Shown here piece after piece: positions 1 to 9,780 of a DNA stretch of 64,000 nt; positions within the stretch are counted from its first letter, which is position 1, and each line of letters starts with the position of its first letter. Source of the stretch: Candidatus Liptonbacteria bacterium (GTDB taxonomy: Bacteria > Patescibacteriota > Minisyncoccia > UBA6257 > 2-01-FULL-56-20). The stretch spans positions 404,741-468,740 of the forward strand of contig JAHFLL010000001.1 of assembly GCA_023244895.1 (NCBI GenBank). The letters are read 5' to 3'. Below the pieces are notes generated by a model. The model was not told where the DNA came from. It saw nothing but the letters and a program-made list of their open reading frames with translations, and ran no database searches. Position numbers and translations under genes: made by a program.

Positions 1-39
1 GGTCTCCGGCGGGTTTGTTTTTTGAGATAAGGTTAAACA

Positions 40-606
40 TTAAAATCCTATTTTGTCCGATATATTTTGAAGCGCGGAAATTACCGTTTTAAAATGCTCT
101 TCTTCCGAAATACCCAGCTCCATTGTCCCCCGCGCAATCTCCTCCCGACTAACTTTTTCCGCGAACTTTTTCTTCTTCAAATATTTAGTCACTGTTTCCG
201 GCGTGATTCCAGATAACTTATCCGGACGCATATAAGCAATAGCTACCAAGAAACCACAAAGCTCATCCACCGCGAAGAGACACTTGGCCATTTGCGTTTC
301 ACGCGATACTCCAGAATAAGTGGCATGCCCCAGAACCGCCTCAACCATTTCTTCCGGATAGCCTTGTTCTCGTAGAACTTTTACGGCCTCAAAAGGGTGC
401 CCCGTCTTCATAATCGGATCCGGGTTGGGATATTTTTCATAATCCAGATCGTGTAGCAGGCCGGTTATGCCCCATAAATCTTCATCTCCCTGATATTTTA
501 AGGCGTAGGCACGCATAGCCGCTTCCACGCACAACATATGTTTGCGCAAACTAGGTGACTCCACCCAATCCGTCAGCAATTGCCAAGCATCTTCTCTTTG
601 AGGCAT
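40..606 (-). CDS. HD-domain metal-dependent phosphohydrolase
   Basis: 188-aa ORF with an HD motif (LLHDLDY) and the helical HD-superfamily pattern. Confidence 0.6.
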   Translation of the reverse strand: MPQREDAWQLLTDWVESPSLRKHMLCVEAAMRAYALKYQGDEDLWGITGLLHDLDYEKYPNPDPIMKTGHPFEAVKVLREQGYPEEMVEAVLGHATYSGVSRETQMAKCLFAVDELCGFLVAIAYMRPDKLSGITPETVTKYLKKKKFAEKVSREEIARGTMELGISEEEHFKTVISALQNISDKIGF

Positions 607-718
607 GAGTCAAAGGTACCAAAAAGGATAGCCTTAATCAATTTTTTATATATAGAGAAGCGCCCGCCGGTTTATTACCAGCGAGCGCTCTTCCCTCCTT
701 TCCTTCTCGTGCCACATC

Positions 719-1111
719 CTACCCGTGCGGGAGAGCCTTGCCGGCTATCACGAGCTCCGCTCTTGCCAAGACGTCGACCGTTGCGACCAGCACGCTCTGA
801 GGTATCGCAACTTTCGCGTGATTGGCAGCATCAATTAACTTCCTGACGCGACGGACAGTCTCGTTCACCATCCTGATGGAGATGGGATGGGAACCCAGCA
901 GATGGCGGAGGTGCTGCAGGTCCATGTTGATCGCATGGGCTACGACATCTCCAACCTTGTGGTCGGTCGGATCTGTCCCGAACCATTCCTTGAAACGATT
1001 TGAGTTAGCCTTCCTAAGGGCTTCCGCCGCAGCGTGACTATGCCTCATCACTCCTCCAGGGTTTTGTTCAGACTTATTTTTAAAACAAAAATCAACTATT
1101 GGCAAGTGCAA
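719..1111 (-). CDS. Hypothetical protein in a small GC-rich islet (possible HEPN-like Rx5H motif)
   Basis: 130-aa ORF in a patch visibly GC-richer than its flanks, with antisense ORFs also present. RHLLGSH resembles an Rx4-6H motif. The true start is likely an internal Met (MRHSH). Confidence 0.3.
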   Translation of the reverse strand: MHLPIVDFCFKNKSEQNPGGVMRHSHAAAEALRKANSNRFKEWFGTDPTDHKVGDVVAHAINMDLQHLRHLLGSHPISIRMVNETVRRVRKLIDAANHAKVAIPQSVLVATVDVLARAELVIAGKALPHG

Positions 1112-1127
1112 AAAAGCATCTCAACCG

Positions 1128-2807
1128 TCAATCCTCCAACGCAATATGTTGCTTATGTAGAAGCTTCAAATCATGCTCCTTCAAACTGTGCAAAATTGAC
1201 ATATCCGGATCTATTGCGATTGTTTTGCCCAAATATTGCCCGGCGGTAAAGTGCGGGAGAAGAACATAATCCGCGCCATGGGCATAAAGAAGTTCTGCGT
1301 CCTTTTCTGTCTCCGCCCTTACAATAATTTTGGGTCGCTCCAACAGGTCTTTCAACTCCGAAATGAGCATTAAATTATCCTCCAAGTCCGGGCTGGTAGA
1401 AATAACCAATTTAGCTTCATCAAAATTAGCCTTCTCAAATATCTCTTGGTCCGCTAAATCTCCAAAAAGATAATCCACCTTCCTTCTTTGAAGCTGGGGC
1501 AATATCTCCGGATTAAAATCTATCGCTAGAACGTCTTTCGGATTCAAATTGTCCAGTATGCTTTGGCCCGTACGGTGCGCGCCAATCAAAATGATAGGTT
1601 TATGGAATTCTTCGTTAAACATCTTGTCGTCTTTAGCTTTGCGCTTTTCAAACAAAGATAAGGCCTTCGCGAAGAATCTAAAAAGAAGTTCGCTATGCTG
1701 CAAAAGATAACTGGAAAGTACGAATGTCGTTAACCCGACCGCGGCTATTAGAGAAACTACGCCGTTATCCAAGTGTCCTATTTTTGCTCCCAGCGCCACC
1801 AACACCAAGCTAAACTCCGATATTTGCGCTATAGCCATTCCGGTCATAAAACTGGTCCGTTTACGATAGCCCATCAAGCCCATTGCTATTAGGACGATGA
1901 GCGGATTGCCGATTAGGACAAAAAGAGAAAGGATGAAAACGGAGACCATGGACTCGCCCACGTTTGAAAAAGTGATAGATGAACCCAGCGCCACAAAGAA
2001 TATTAAGATAAAAAAGTCTCTTAACGGCCTGACCCGCGCGGATATCTGGAAATGCTCCGCCGAGTTAGCCAAAGAAAGTCCAGCCAGAAAACCAGCTATT
2101 TCGACCGAAAAACCTATCATCTTAGCGAAGGTGGCGACCAGAAAGACCCAGGCCAAGGACATCACAAACAAAAGTTCGTGAGAACGGGCCACCCGATCCA
2201 GTACGGAGGGCAAAACCTTTCGGCCCAGATAAAGCATTATCCCAAAAAGGACTACCGCTTTGCCGACCACTGCGAGTATCGGCAAATACTCTATTCCCTC
2301 CCCACCCCGCACTCCCGAAAGAATCACCAGGAGTATCACGGCGACCAAATCTTGAATGAGTAATATGCCTACGGCAATACGTCCATACAAGCTATGCATA
2401 TCCCTCTTTTCCGTTAGAACCTTGACCGCGATGATGGTTGAGGAAAAGGTAAGAGCAATACCTATATAAGAAGCCGAAACTATTCCGAAATGAAGCAACG
2501 TGGCTATCCAAAATCCCGCCCCGAAAGTTACAACCACCTGCGTTAAGCCTATTATTAAAGCCGGCTTACTGACTGCCTTAAACGATTCGTAATTTATTTC
2601 TAGTCCCACCAAAAACAAAAGAAACATTATGCCCATGTCTGCGAAAATGCGCAGACTGTCCTCCATGCCTGCGGGATAGAAATAATGGAGTAGTAAACCG
2701 GTCAACAGGTATGCCAAAATAAGCGGCTGGCGCAAAAGTTTGGCTAAATATCCCAAAATAGAGGCAACCGAAAGTACAACTGCTAGCTGAACTATTTCGC
2801 TGGCCAT
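1128..2807 (-). CDS. Cation:proton antiporter (CPA2/KefB-like) with C-terminal RCK/TrkA-N domain
   Basis: 559 aa with many TM helices and the Na_H exchanger pattern. The C-terminal Rossmann motif (IILIGAHRTGQSI) is typical of TrkA-N. Confidence 0.75.
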   Translation of the reverse strand: MASEIVQLAVVLSVASILGYLAKLLRQPLILAYLLTGLLLHYFYPAGMEDSLRIFADMGIMFLLFLVGLEINYESFKAVSKPALIIGLTQVVVTFGAGFWIATLLHFGIVSASYIGIALTFSSTIIAVKVLTEKRDMHSLYGRIAVGILLIQDLVAVILLVILSGVRGGEGIEYLPILAVVGKAVVLFGIMLYLGRKVLPSVLDRVARSHELLFVMSLAWVFLVATFAKMIGFSVEIAGFLAGLSLANSAEHFQISARVRPLRDFFILIFFVALGSSITFSNVGESMVSVFILSLFVLIGNPLIVLIAMGLMGYRKRTSFMTGMAIAQISEFSLVLVALGAKIGHLDNGVVSLIAAVGLTTFVLSSYLLQHSELLFRFFAKALSLFEKRKAKDDKMFNEEFHKPIILIGAHRTGQSILDNLNPKDVLAIDFNPEILPQLQRRKVDYLFGDLADQEIFEKANFDEAKLVISTSPDLEDNLMLISELKDLLERPKIIVRAETEKDAELLYAHGADYVLLPHFTAGQYLGKTIAIDPDMSILHSLKEHDLKLLHKQHIALED

Positions 2808-2820
2808 TGATTTTCAACTA

Positions 2821-3198
2821 TTATGATTGCGCTTTGGATATCCTTTCCGCTAAGTCTCCGATATATGGCAGTTTGTAGATTCCGCCCTGATAGCCCTTAT
2901 ACATCAAGAAAACCCACGAAATTACCCACACTAAATAAATTATATCCACCAAAAAGTAGAGAAATATAGAGAAAGACATGCCCAGCACAATGGAAAGAAT
3001 TTGTAGACCCCCAAACCAGATCAAAGACTGCGCCGCATGGAATCTTACGGTTGGCCTGTTCTTCTCTAATAATAAGAAAATTAGGCCGGTTACCCAAAAT
3101 CCCAGATAGCAGAAAAGATTAGCCGCGTTTTCGCCCATACCACTGCCCCCCTGAGGAGCCGGAGCCGGATCGGGAGATGTTTGATTATTTTGTTCCAT
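2821..3198 (-). CDS. DUF4870-like small membrane protein
   Basis: 125 aa with a Pro/Gly-rich N-terminus, then TM helices carrying an HAAQS motif. Confidence 0.5.
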   Translation of the reverse strand: MEQNNQTSPDPAPAPQGGSGMGENAANLFCYLGFWVTGLIFLLLEKNRPTVRFHAAQSLIWFGGLQILSIVLGMSFSIFLYFLVDIIYLVWVISWVFLMYKGYQGGIYKLPYIGDLAERISKAQS

Positions 3199-3251
3199 TT
3201 TGGATTCTTATCTTATTTTTGTGACTTTCCTAAATTATAACATATTGAATT

Positions 3252-4115
3252 CTACTTCTCATCAAATAGCTTTTGCAGAATATCAATATTTCTCCTATCC
3301 GGACCCGCGCCCTCAAATCCCGGCACCTCTAGCAGCCAAGGCAGGCTCTTAAATTCCTTTATGCGCGCCAGATTTATAAAACCAGCCAAACCTATCTCGC
3401 CCTGTCCAATATTCTCGTGCCTATCATGGTGCGAGCCGACCGAGGTCTTACTATCGTTCACATGTAGACAAGAAATCTTGCTCCACCCTATCAACCGACC
3501 CAGTTCTTCTTTTAATATGTTCAGATTGGCCGAGTCGTACTTCTCCATGACTCCCGCCTCCAATGCGTGTGCGGTATCAAAACAAACCCCCACTCGTTCG
3601 TTTTTATCTATTAGTTTCAAAATCTTAGATAAGTCCGCAAGAGACGAACCTAATTTATCGCCTCCACCCGCGCTGTTTTCTAAAATCAATTTACTTTCGC
3701 CCGGCACCTCTTTTAATATGTTTAAAACTATTCGTGCCAAATGCTCGCGCGCTTCTTGCGGGTTTCCGCCCTTGCTTGACCCTAGATGAAATATGACTCC
3801 CTCGCCCCCTATCGCTTCACTAATTTTGAGACTGTTTCTAAGGAGATTCTCGGACTTTTGCCTTAGGTCAACATTCGGACTGGCCAGATTTATGAGATAT
3901 GGCGCGTGTAAAAAAACTGGCCAAACATCCATCTCTCGCGAAAGTGCTCGAAATTCTTTCGCGGACTTCTCGTCCGGTAGGGCCGCGTTCCACTGGCGTG
4001 GAGAAGAGCCGAATATCTGAATCGTGTTAGCACCTATCTCCCTGGCCCTCAAAAGAGCCTGCGTTAAGCCCCCTCCCGCAGAAACGTGTCCTCCAATACG
4101 AACTTTTGTGCTCAT
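3252..4115 (-). CDS. nfo: Endonuclease IV (AP endonuclease family 2)
   Basis: 287 aa with a TIM-barrel AP-endonuclease pattern (GGHVSAGGG, HAPYLINLASP, metal-binding His/Asp/Glu). Confidence 0.8.
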   Translation of the reverse strand: MSTKVRIGGHVSAGGGLTQALLRAREIGANTIQIFGSSPRQWNAALPDEKSAKEFRALSREMDVWPVFLHAPYLINLASPNVDLRQKSENLLRNSLKISEAIGGEGVIFHLGSSKGGNPQEAREHLARIVLNILKEVPGESKLILENSAGGGDKLGSSLADLSKILKLIDKNERVGVCFDTAHALEAGVMEKYDSANLNILKEELGRLIGWSKISCLHVNDSKTSVGSHHDRHENIGQGEIGLAGFINLARIKEFKSLPWLLEVPGFEGAGPDRRNIDILQKLFDEK

Positions 4116-4375
4116 TGGGAACTATTATAACCTAATACCCGCCAAACCCAACCCGGCTGCCCGCCACCCTCCCAGCCCTTGATTTTTTGACCGGGATATG
4201 CTAGGATGTAGAAGTAAATAAGAGATGCCCTAAGGGGCGTTTTTTGTTTGTAAAATAAGGGTTTAAAGCCGTTTCTGATACCCAACACGGGTTTCTACGG
4301 TTCAGGCCTAAAAGTCTTCGTAAAAGCAAATTTGGGGCCATAGCAAGGCCTTAAATAGCGGAAAACAAGCATAAA

Positions 4376-4828
4376 ATGTCTAAAAACGCGGCGTTGGGAG
4401 CGATACTCGTTTTGAGCATCTTTTACCCCACCCAAGGAGAGGTAATCCACGCGGATTTCGAACTGGATATACCTACCCATACTCAGACCACTGTCTCAAC
4501 CACCCTGGCTTCCGTACCGACGATTAAAGCTGTCTCGGCTAGAACCAGGACGGTTAAAGTCACCGCCTACACCAGCAGCCCGGAAGAAACGGATGATACT
4601 CCATTCATAACCGCTTCCGGTAAAACCGTGCGGGATGGCATAGTCGCCAGCAACTTTCTCCCCCTGGGAACCAGGGTCAAAATTCCTACCCTATTCGGCG
4701 ACAAAATCTTTGTGGTAGAAGACCGCATGCACCCCAGGATGAAAAACGTGGTGGATATTTGGATGGAAAAGAAAGAAGATGCCCTCAAATTCGGATTCAA
4801 AAATGCCGAGATAGCAATCTTGGACTAG
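4376..4828 (+). CDS. 3D-domain (MltA-like double-psi beta-barrel) protein with signal peptide
   Basis: 150 aa with an N-terminal hydrophobic leader and the C-terminal 3D-domain pattern (VAYTSS, TASG, VASN, LPLGT, DRM). Confidence 0.6.
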   Translation: MSKNAALGAILVLSIFYPTQGEVIHADFELDIPTHTQTTVSTTLASVPTIKAVSARTRTVKVTAYTSSPEETDDTPFITASGKTVRDGIVASNFLPLGTRVKIPTLFGDKIFVVEDRMHPRMKNVVDIWMEKKEDALKFGFKNAEIAILD

Positions 4829-4876
4829 AAAATAGAATTTAGTAGTTAGAAGTTAGTAGATAATGCGCGCAATAAC

Positions 4877-4906
4877 CAAAACCCCCGGAACTCCGGGGGT
4901 TTTGGT
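4877..4906. terminator. Bidirectional intrinsic terminator hairpin
   Basis: AAAACCCCCGGAACTCCGGGGGTTTTGG: a perfect GC stem flanked by A-runs and T-runs. Confidence 0.55.
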
Positions 4907-4984
4907 TGTCGGGCTGGTTGCCTGTAAATTATTTATACACGAAAGCCGGTTCCGATGCCCGTCTGGGACTTACTCGAAACCGGC

Positions 4985-5206
4985 TCACTCTCGCGAGGCC
5001 TTGTCGGTCTCGGCTGCTTGGTCCGCTTGGACTTGCTCTGCAATCTGTCTGTCCAGCCGGCGCTTACTTCGGGCATACTTTATGGCCCAGGGAGAGAGAA
5101 TCGCCCCAGCCACGAGAAATCCGACCCCGTAGATAAAGCACCTAGACCAGCTTACGGTCTCTTTCTCCAACCCCTTGATCGTGTCCGCGATCGTCTTTGC
5201 GGTCAT
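4985..5206 (-). CDS. Small single-TM membrane protein
   Basis: 73 aa with a strong SD (AGGAGGTG) 4 nt upstream of the ATG, one TM helix, a charged C-terminus, and its own hairpin terminator downstream. It sits in a GC-richer patch. Confidence 0.45.
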   Translation of the reverse strand: MTAKTIADTIKGLEKETVSWSRCFIYGVGFLVAGAILSPWAIKYARSKRRLDRQIAEQVQADQAAETDKASRE

Positions 5207-5254
5207 GGACCACCTCCTAGCTCCCTTATACTCCTATTTTATAACCTATTCAAA

Positions 5255-5893
5255 TTAGAAATCCTGCCCGTCCCCCTCTTTCATGGGACGAAAATCTATG
5301 CCCTCCGAAACCAAAAAAGTTTCTGGCACCAGATGCGCGGCTCCAAACTGCTTTACCCCACCATCGTGCACTGGAAAAGCGAACTTGGGCCTCACCTCTA
5401 AAGCATACTTCATCGCCTCGGATATCTTCATCCAAGGTCCGGCCACCGGCAAGGCCAATATTTCCGGCCTGGTTTTGGGAATATAAAAAGCGTCTCCGGG
5501 ATAGAACAATCTTCCGCCGAAGAAAAAGCCCGTATTCTGAACTTGACCAAAGTTTTGATATATCTCCGCGTGCTTATTACCCATTGCTTCCAGTTTTAAA
5601 CCCGAGACGTCTCCGGTCACGCCATCCTCCATCAATTCAAAGGATATTCCCTCTTTGGTCAAAATAACTCCTACCCCGGAATTAGTTATAACTCTTACGC
5701 CCGGGTTTTCTTTGAGCAGGATTCTTAATGAGTCCATGTGCAAGTGATCGGCATGCTCGTGCGTAATCACTATCGCATTCAGATTCCGCGCCTCAACTTG
5801 AGACAAGGAATAGCTACCGGGATCGGTCAATATTCGTACTCCGCTTTCTTCAATCAGTAACGCGCAATGTCCGTATTTAGTTACTTTCATCAA
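5255..5893 (-). CDS. MBL-fold metal-dependent hydrolase
   Basis: 212 aa with HEHADH and the other beta-lactamase-fold metal ligands. Confidence 0.7.
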   Translation of the reverse strand: MMKVTKYGHCALLIEESGVRILTDPGSYSLSQVEARNLNAIVITHEHADHLHMDSLRILLKENPGVRVITNSGVGVILTKEGISFELMEDGVTGDVSGLKLEAMGNKHAEIYQNFGQVQNTGFFFGGRLFYPGDAFYIPKTRPEILALPVAGPWMKISEAMKYALEVRPKFAFPVHDGGVKQFGAAHLVPETFLVSEGIDFRPMKEGDGQDF

Positions 5894-6071
5894 CGTTATT
5901 ATTATCCGTCACGTCTTCCTGCTTATTTTGAGTCTCTGTCTTGCCATGCTTGCCATCCGTGCATTCACAGGGCTCCAGGGGGTGGTCATGCTTCTCACAG
6001 GTTTGCGCCTGGCAAGTACCCGGCTTATCAGAAACTCCCGCGCAACTTCCGGAACAAAAATAATGAGTCAT
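5877..6071 (-). CDS. Small Cys-rich putative metal-binding protein
   Basis: 64 aa with six Cys (CSGSC, C-x4-C, CEC) and several His. It overlaps the MBL gene start by 17 nt, and TATAAT lies just upstream of the ATG (possibly leaderless). Confidence 0.3.
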   Translation of the reverse strand: MTHYFCSGSCAGVSDKPGTCQAQTCEKHDHPLEPCECTDGKHGKTETQNKQEDVTDNNNVDESN

Positions 6072-6085
6072 ATTTTTATTATAAT

Positions 6086-6709
6086 TTATTTATTTTCAGT
6101 TATCTTCGCAAAATCTTCCGTCACTTTATTCCAATTAACTACATTCCACCAAGCGGCGATATAGTCCGGTCGACGATTCTGATACTTAAGGTAATAGGCG
6201 TGTTCCCAGACATCCAAGCACAAAATGGGATGCAGCCCCTCCGAAACCGGGGAATCCTGATTCGCGCTGGAAACTATACTTATCTTTCCGCTTGGGTCGG
6301 CTAAGAGCCAGGCCCAGCCACTGCCAAACCTCCCTAGCGCCGCCTTACCAAAAGATTCCTTCATCGCATCCAAGCTGCCGAAAGATTCATTTATCTTTTG
6401 GAGTAAGGCGGGAGAAGCTTCCCCGCCCTGTCCGATCGGAGCCATATATTCCCAAAACAAGGAGTGATTATAATGTCCACCTCCATTGTTCCGAATAGCA
6501 ACCCTGCTCTCTTCCGGAATAGAGTCCAAGTTTTGCAGCAACTCCAGAACGCTCTTATCCTGAAACGCGGGCAAACCTGCCAGCGACTCATTTAACTTAT
6601 TCACATAAGTCTGATGATGTTTAGAATGGTGGATTTCCATTGTTTGCGCGTCAATGTAGGGCTCTAACGCTTCGTATCCGTATCCTAATTTCGGTAGTTC
6701 GTGTTGCAT
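6086..6709 (-). CDS. Fe/Mn superoxide dismutase
   Basis: 207 aa with [14 protein letters not shown] and the other SOD signature residues. Confidence 0.85.
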   Translation of the reverse strand: MQHELPKLGYGYEALEPYIDAQTMEIHHSKHHQTYVNKLNESLAGLPAFQDKSVLELLQNLDSIPEESRVAIRNNGGGHYNHSLFWEYMAPIGQGGEASPALLQKINESFGSLDAMKESFGKAALGRFGSGWAWLLADPSGKISIVSSANQDSPVSEGLHPILCLDVWEHAYYLKYQNRRPDYIAAWWNVVNWNKVTEDFAKITENK

Positions 6710-6716
6710 GTGTTTG

Positions 6717-7064
6717 TTATTTTTTTATATTTTTTAAAGACGGTAGCTGTTCTATTTTCGCGGCGACTATGAAATCATTTTCTGACAAACCCGAAATGGC
6801 ATGGGTCCACAAGATGATATCTACCTTGTTGTAATAGATAATTATATCCGGATGATGTCCCTCTGCCTCAGCAAGCTTCGCGACTTCGTTCACGAAATCT
6901 ATGGCTTGGACGAAATTCTCAAATATAAATCTCTTCTGTATTTTTATATCTTCCAAAATAGACCAGTCCAAAGGTAGCTGCTTCAAATAGGTGGCTGCTT
7001 CTGCGGGGCTAAACCTAGGCACTCCTCCCTCGCAAGGTAGGCACTTTTTATCGGTCAAATTCAT
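6717..7064 (-). CDS. Pterin-4a-carbinolamine dehydratase (PCD/DCoH)
   Basis: 115 aa with the EGHHPD motif. Confidence 0.75.
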   Translation of the reverse strand: MNLTDKKCLPCEGGVPRFSPAEAATYLKQLPLDWSILEDIKIQKRFIFENFVQAIDFVNEVAKLAEAEGHHPDIIIYYNKVDIILWTHAISGLSENDFIVAAKIEQLPSLKNIKK

Positions 7065-7159
7065 TGGAGTTAGATTATACCAGAAAAAGGACGGGCTAGA
7101 CAGCAGAACCTAAAACCCCGCTAAGGCGGGGTTTTAGAAAAAAACTACATCAATTATCC

Positions 7160-7531
7160 CTATTTTTTGCCGTTCCGACACATCTTCTTAGAGCAACAGC
7201 AATCGCCACAGCAATTTTCCTCGCTCTTTACCCTACCCGCGCACTCTAGGCACTCCGTTTCGCCACAGTCACACTTTTTACCGAAAACAAAGATATAAAG
7301 TATCTCTAATATGCCCAAGGTATTCACTACCAGAAGCACGATAAACCAGCCCGCCGATTTATTTTGAGCGGCGCGCCATAGGGCAAATCCCTTCCAAATC
7401 AAAGACCAAATGATTATCGCGAAGACCAGAACCAATCCCAGCCAGCCCCAATGACCGAATCCCTCCCAGTTCTGGTATGGACCGACGTTCATCACGCCCC
7501 CCATGACCCTACCAAATCCTTCTCCGTACAT
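7160..7531 (-). CDS. Membrane protein with Cys-rich C-terminal tail
   Basis: 123 aa with two TM helices and a tail KKCDCGETECLECAG...CCGDCCCSKKMCRNGKK. Confidence 0.45.
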   Translation of the reverse strand: MYGEGFGRVMGGVMNVGPYQNWEGFGHWGWLGLVLVFAIIIWSLIWKGFALWRAAQNKSAGWFIVLLVVNTLGILEILYIFVFGKKCDCGETECLECAGRVKSEENCCGDCCCSKKMCRNGKK

Positions 7532-7567
7532 GTTATTTGTTTAAATATTTTAAACGACCTTTCTTCC

Positions 7568-7768
7568 CTATCTGTTGCCAAGCATCGCCTCCGCCTCCGA
7601 CCTGGTCAGTAAATCCCTCTTTTTGATTTCCTCCTCCACCAATTTGCGGACCGTGTCTTCCAGTACCTTCTTACTGTCTTGCGCCTGCTTCATTAACTGC
7701 GAAATCTGGTCCGGAGACATGCCCTTCATCATCTCGGACGCCATCTTAAATTGGTCAAACATTCCCAT
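7568..7768 (-). CDS. Small helical hypothetical protein
   Basis: 66-aa charged helical ORF with no recognisable family. Confidence 0.3.
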   Translation of the reverse strand: MGMFDQFKMASEMMKGMSPDQISQLMKQAQDSKKVLEDTVRKLVEEEIKKRDLLTRSEAEAMLGNR

Positions 7769-7796
7769 TCTATTTTTATTAATTATTTGTTAATGC

Positions 7797-8546
7797 CTAT
7801 CTTATACCGCTGTCAAATTGCAAACTCAAATCCGTCCACTTTCCATTTTCTACCACAAACTTTACGGGACTAAAGGATGGCATTCGTCGCGCGCCAAGTT
7901 CCGCTTGGGCTATCACATAAGATCCCGGAGAAAGCTGTGTCTCAAATCGACCGTCTCCATCGGAAGAAACATTGGTAGGGGTCCCGCTCTTTTGGTTTGT
8001 TATTACAAAGGAAGCAATAAATGGTTTGTCCGCACATTCTGCCGGATTAGGATCGCGCACCACCGGACAGGTTGGACCGATAGTTACCATGCCTCGCACG
8101 CCCGACTTGCTCAAGACCGGTGCGGGGGCAACGTTTTCCGTAAAGCTGTCGCCGCTAGAAGTCACACATCTTCTGGGATAAGACTCCATCACCGGATAGC
8201 CCTGAGCAACACACTCCTCAAAACTGGAAGGTTCTCCAAGGGGAGTATTGCCGTAATCTTTTGTAAACGTCCGTCCGTCTGGAGACACACACCTCTCCGG
8301 ATAAGTCATCAAAACCTTTCCGCCCTGCGCCATGGCGCACTCCTCAAAATTATTAACCTCCGAAATATTACCGCTAGACAGCTTATCAATGAAGTAATAA
8401 GCCAAAACGGCCAGAACGGCCAATATTACTGCCGCCACAATTAAAGATTCATGTCTGTCTTGAGGACGCATGTTAGTTGTATCTTTCTTTCGCGCTCGGA
8501 TTATAACATACTTCCTAGGTTTAGGAAAAATTATCATCTTCCCCAT
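7797..8546 (-). CDS. Membrane-anchored secreted protein with tandem FEEC...YP(E/R)RCV repeats
   Basis: 249 aa. The start is probably an internal Met (MRPQDRHES), before a TM anchor. A Cys-containing module is duplicated. Confidence 0.45.
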   Translation of the reverse strand: MGKMIIFPKPRKYVIIRARKKDTTNMRPQDRHESLIVAAVILAVLAVLAYYFIDKLSSGNISEVNNFEECAMAQGGKVLMTYPERCVSPDGRTFTKDYGNTPLGEPSSFEECVAQGYPVMESYPRRCVTSSGDSFTENVAPAPVLSKSGVRGMVTIGPTCPVVRDPNPAECADKPFIASFVITNQKSGTPTNVSSDGDGRFETQLSPGSYVIAQAELGARRMPSFSPVKFVVENGKWTDLSLQFDSGIR

Positions 8547-8630
8547 AAATCGCCTTTCCGAATCCAGGATTTGCGCCTTCTGCGCTTATATAATATCCTA
8601 AACCGGCAAAATTAATACACAAACACAAAT

Positions 8631-9710
8631 ATGACCAAAGAAGAACTGGGAGGGAAAATATCTAATCTAAAAATTTCACGCGGGAAAAAATCGGAAGCGC
8701 TCATAGAGGGAGAAATCACGGTAGAGACCATGCGCCCCTATGCGGAGGCGGTAGTCAAAGAAGCCGGTAAAGATTTTGAGATGCCCGGCTTCCGCAAAGG
8801 CCAGGTTCCAGAGAACATATTACGCCAGAATTTAAATATGGCGCACGTCTGGTCGGATGCCGCCCATGATGCCCTGGGCGACTTATATCCCGAGATATTG
8901 GAGCTCCATGAGTTAGCGGTCATTAGTTCTCCGCGCGTGACGTTCACCAAGCTTGCTCCGGAAAATCCGCTCGGTTTTCAAATAGAAATAGGCTTAATGC
9001 CGGAATTCAAATTGCCGGACTATAAAAAAATAGGCAAAAAAGCTGCTGAAACAAAAAAAATAGCGGAAACGACCGAGGCGGAGATAGAAGAAACCATAGC
9101 CTACATCAAGAAGTCTCGAGAGAAAAGCCAGCAAGACAAAGAATTGACGGATGAAAATATTAAAGAATTCGGAGATTTCAAAAACCTGGCGGAATTCCGT
9201 GCGCGCATTAAGGAAAATCTTTTACATGAGAAAGAGATGGATGCGAGTCGCGCGATTCGGGAACAAATAGCTAAAGACTTAGCGGAAGCTACCAAGATAG
9301 AGCTTCCGGAAATAGTTGTGGAAGAAGAACTCCAAATTATGCGCAAGGATCGCGCCGCGGAACTGGACCGTCTTAAAATGTCCACCGAAGATTATTTAAA
9401 GCAGTTGAATAAAACTGCGCAGGAGCTGGAGAAGCAGGAACTGGAATACGTGGAGCGTCAGCTCAAAACGCGCCTGATACTCGGTAAGATAGCGGAAGAA
9501 GAAAAGATAGTACCGGAAGAAAAGGAAGTGGAACAAAACTCGGAATATTTAATGAGGCGCCACCCGGAAAGCGACCCGGAACAGGTCTACCATTACGTTG
9601 TGAATATGCTGACCAACGAGCTGGTCTTGGAGCTACTGGAAGGCAAGAAAAAAGACACGCAAGCTCAAGAGAAGACGGGAAAACCGAAAGACAAGCCGGA
9701 GGAGAAATAA
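8631..9710 (+). CDS. tig: Trigger factor (short form)
   Basis: 359 aa. The N-terminal GFRKGQVP motif is diagnostic of the trigger-factor ribosome-binding domain. The C-terminus is long and helical. An extended -10 (TATATAAT) lies upstream. Confidence 0.65.
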   Translation: MTKEELGGKISNLKISRGKKSEALIEGEITVETMRPYAEAVVKEAGKDFEMPGFRKGQVPENILRQNLNMAHVWSDAAHDALGDLYPEILELHELAVISSPRVTFTKLAPENPLGFQIEIGLMPEFKLPDYKKIGKKAAETKKIAETTEAEIEETIAYIKKSREKSQQDKELTDENIKEFGDFKNLAEFRARIKENLLHEKEMDASRAIREQIAKDLAEATKIELPEIVVEEELQIMRKDRAAELDRLKMSTEDYLKQLNKTAQELEKQELEYVERQLKTRLILGKIAEEEKIVPEEKEVEQNSEYLMRRHPESDPEQVYHYVVNMLTNELVLELLEGKKKDTQAQEKTGKPKDKPEEK

Positions 9711-9726
9711 CCGGCACTACCCACAG

Positions 9727-9762
9727 CGCAAAAACACCGCCAGGAAAGCGGTGTTTTTGTTT
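9727..9762. terminator. Intrinsic terminator after tig (bidirectional)
   Basis: AAAACACCGCCAGGAAAGCGGTGTTTTTGTTTT. Confidence 0.55.
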
Positions 9763-9780
9763 TAGGTCTATAAAAGATTC

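Noticed and set aside
1897-2363. Plus-strand ORFs antisense to the antiporter gene
   Set aside because: Fully antisense to a well-supported 559-aa membrane transporter gene.
4863-5401. Plus-strand ORFs 4863-5132, 4906-5136 and 4955-5401
   Set aside because: They overlap a terminator hairpin and the better-supported minus-strand small membrane gene, which has a strong SD. Likely GC-rich noise.
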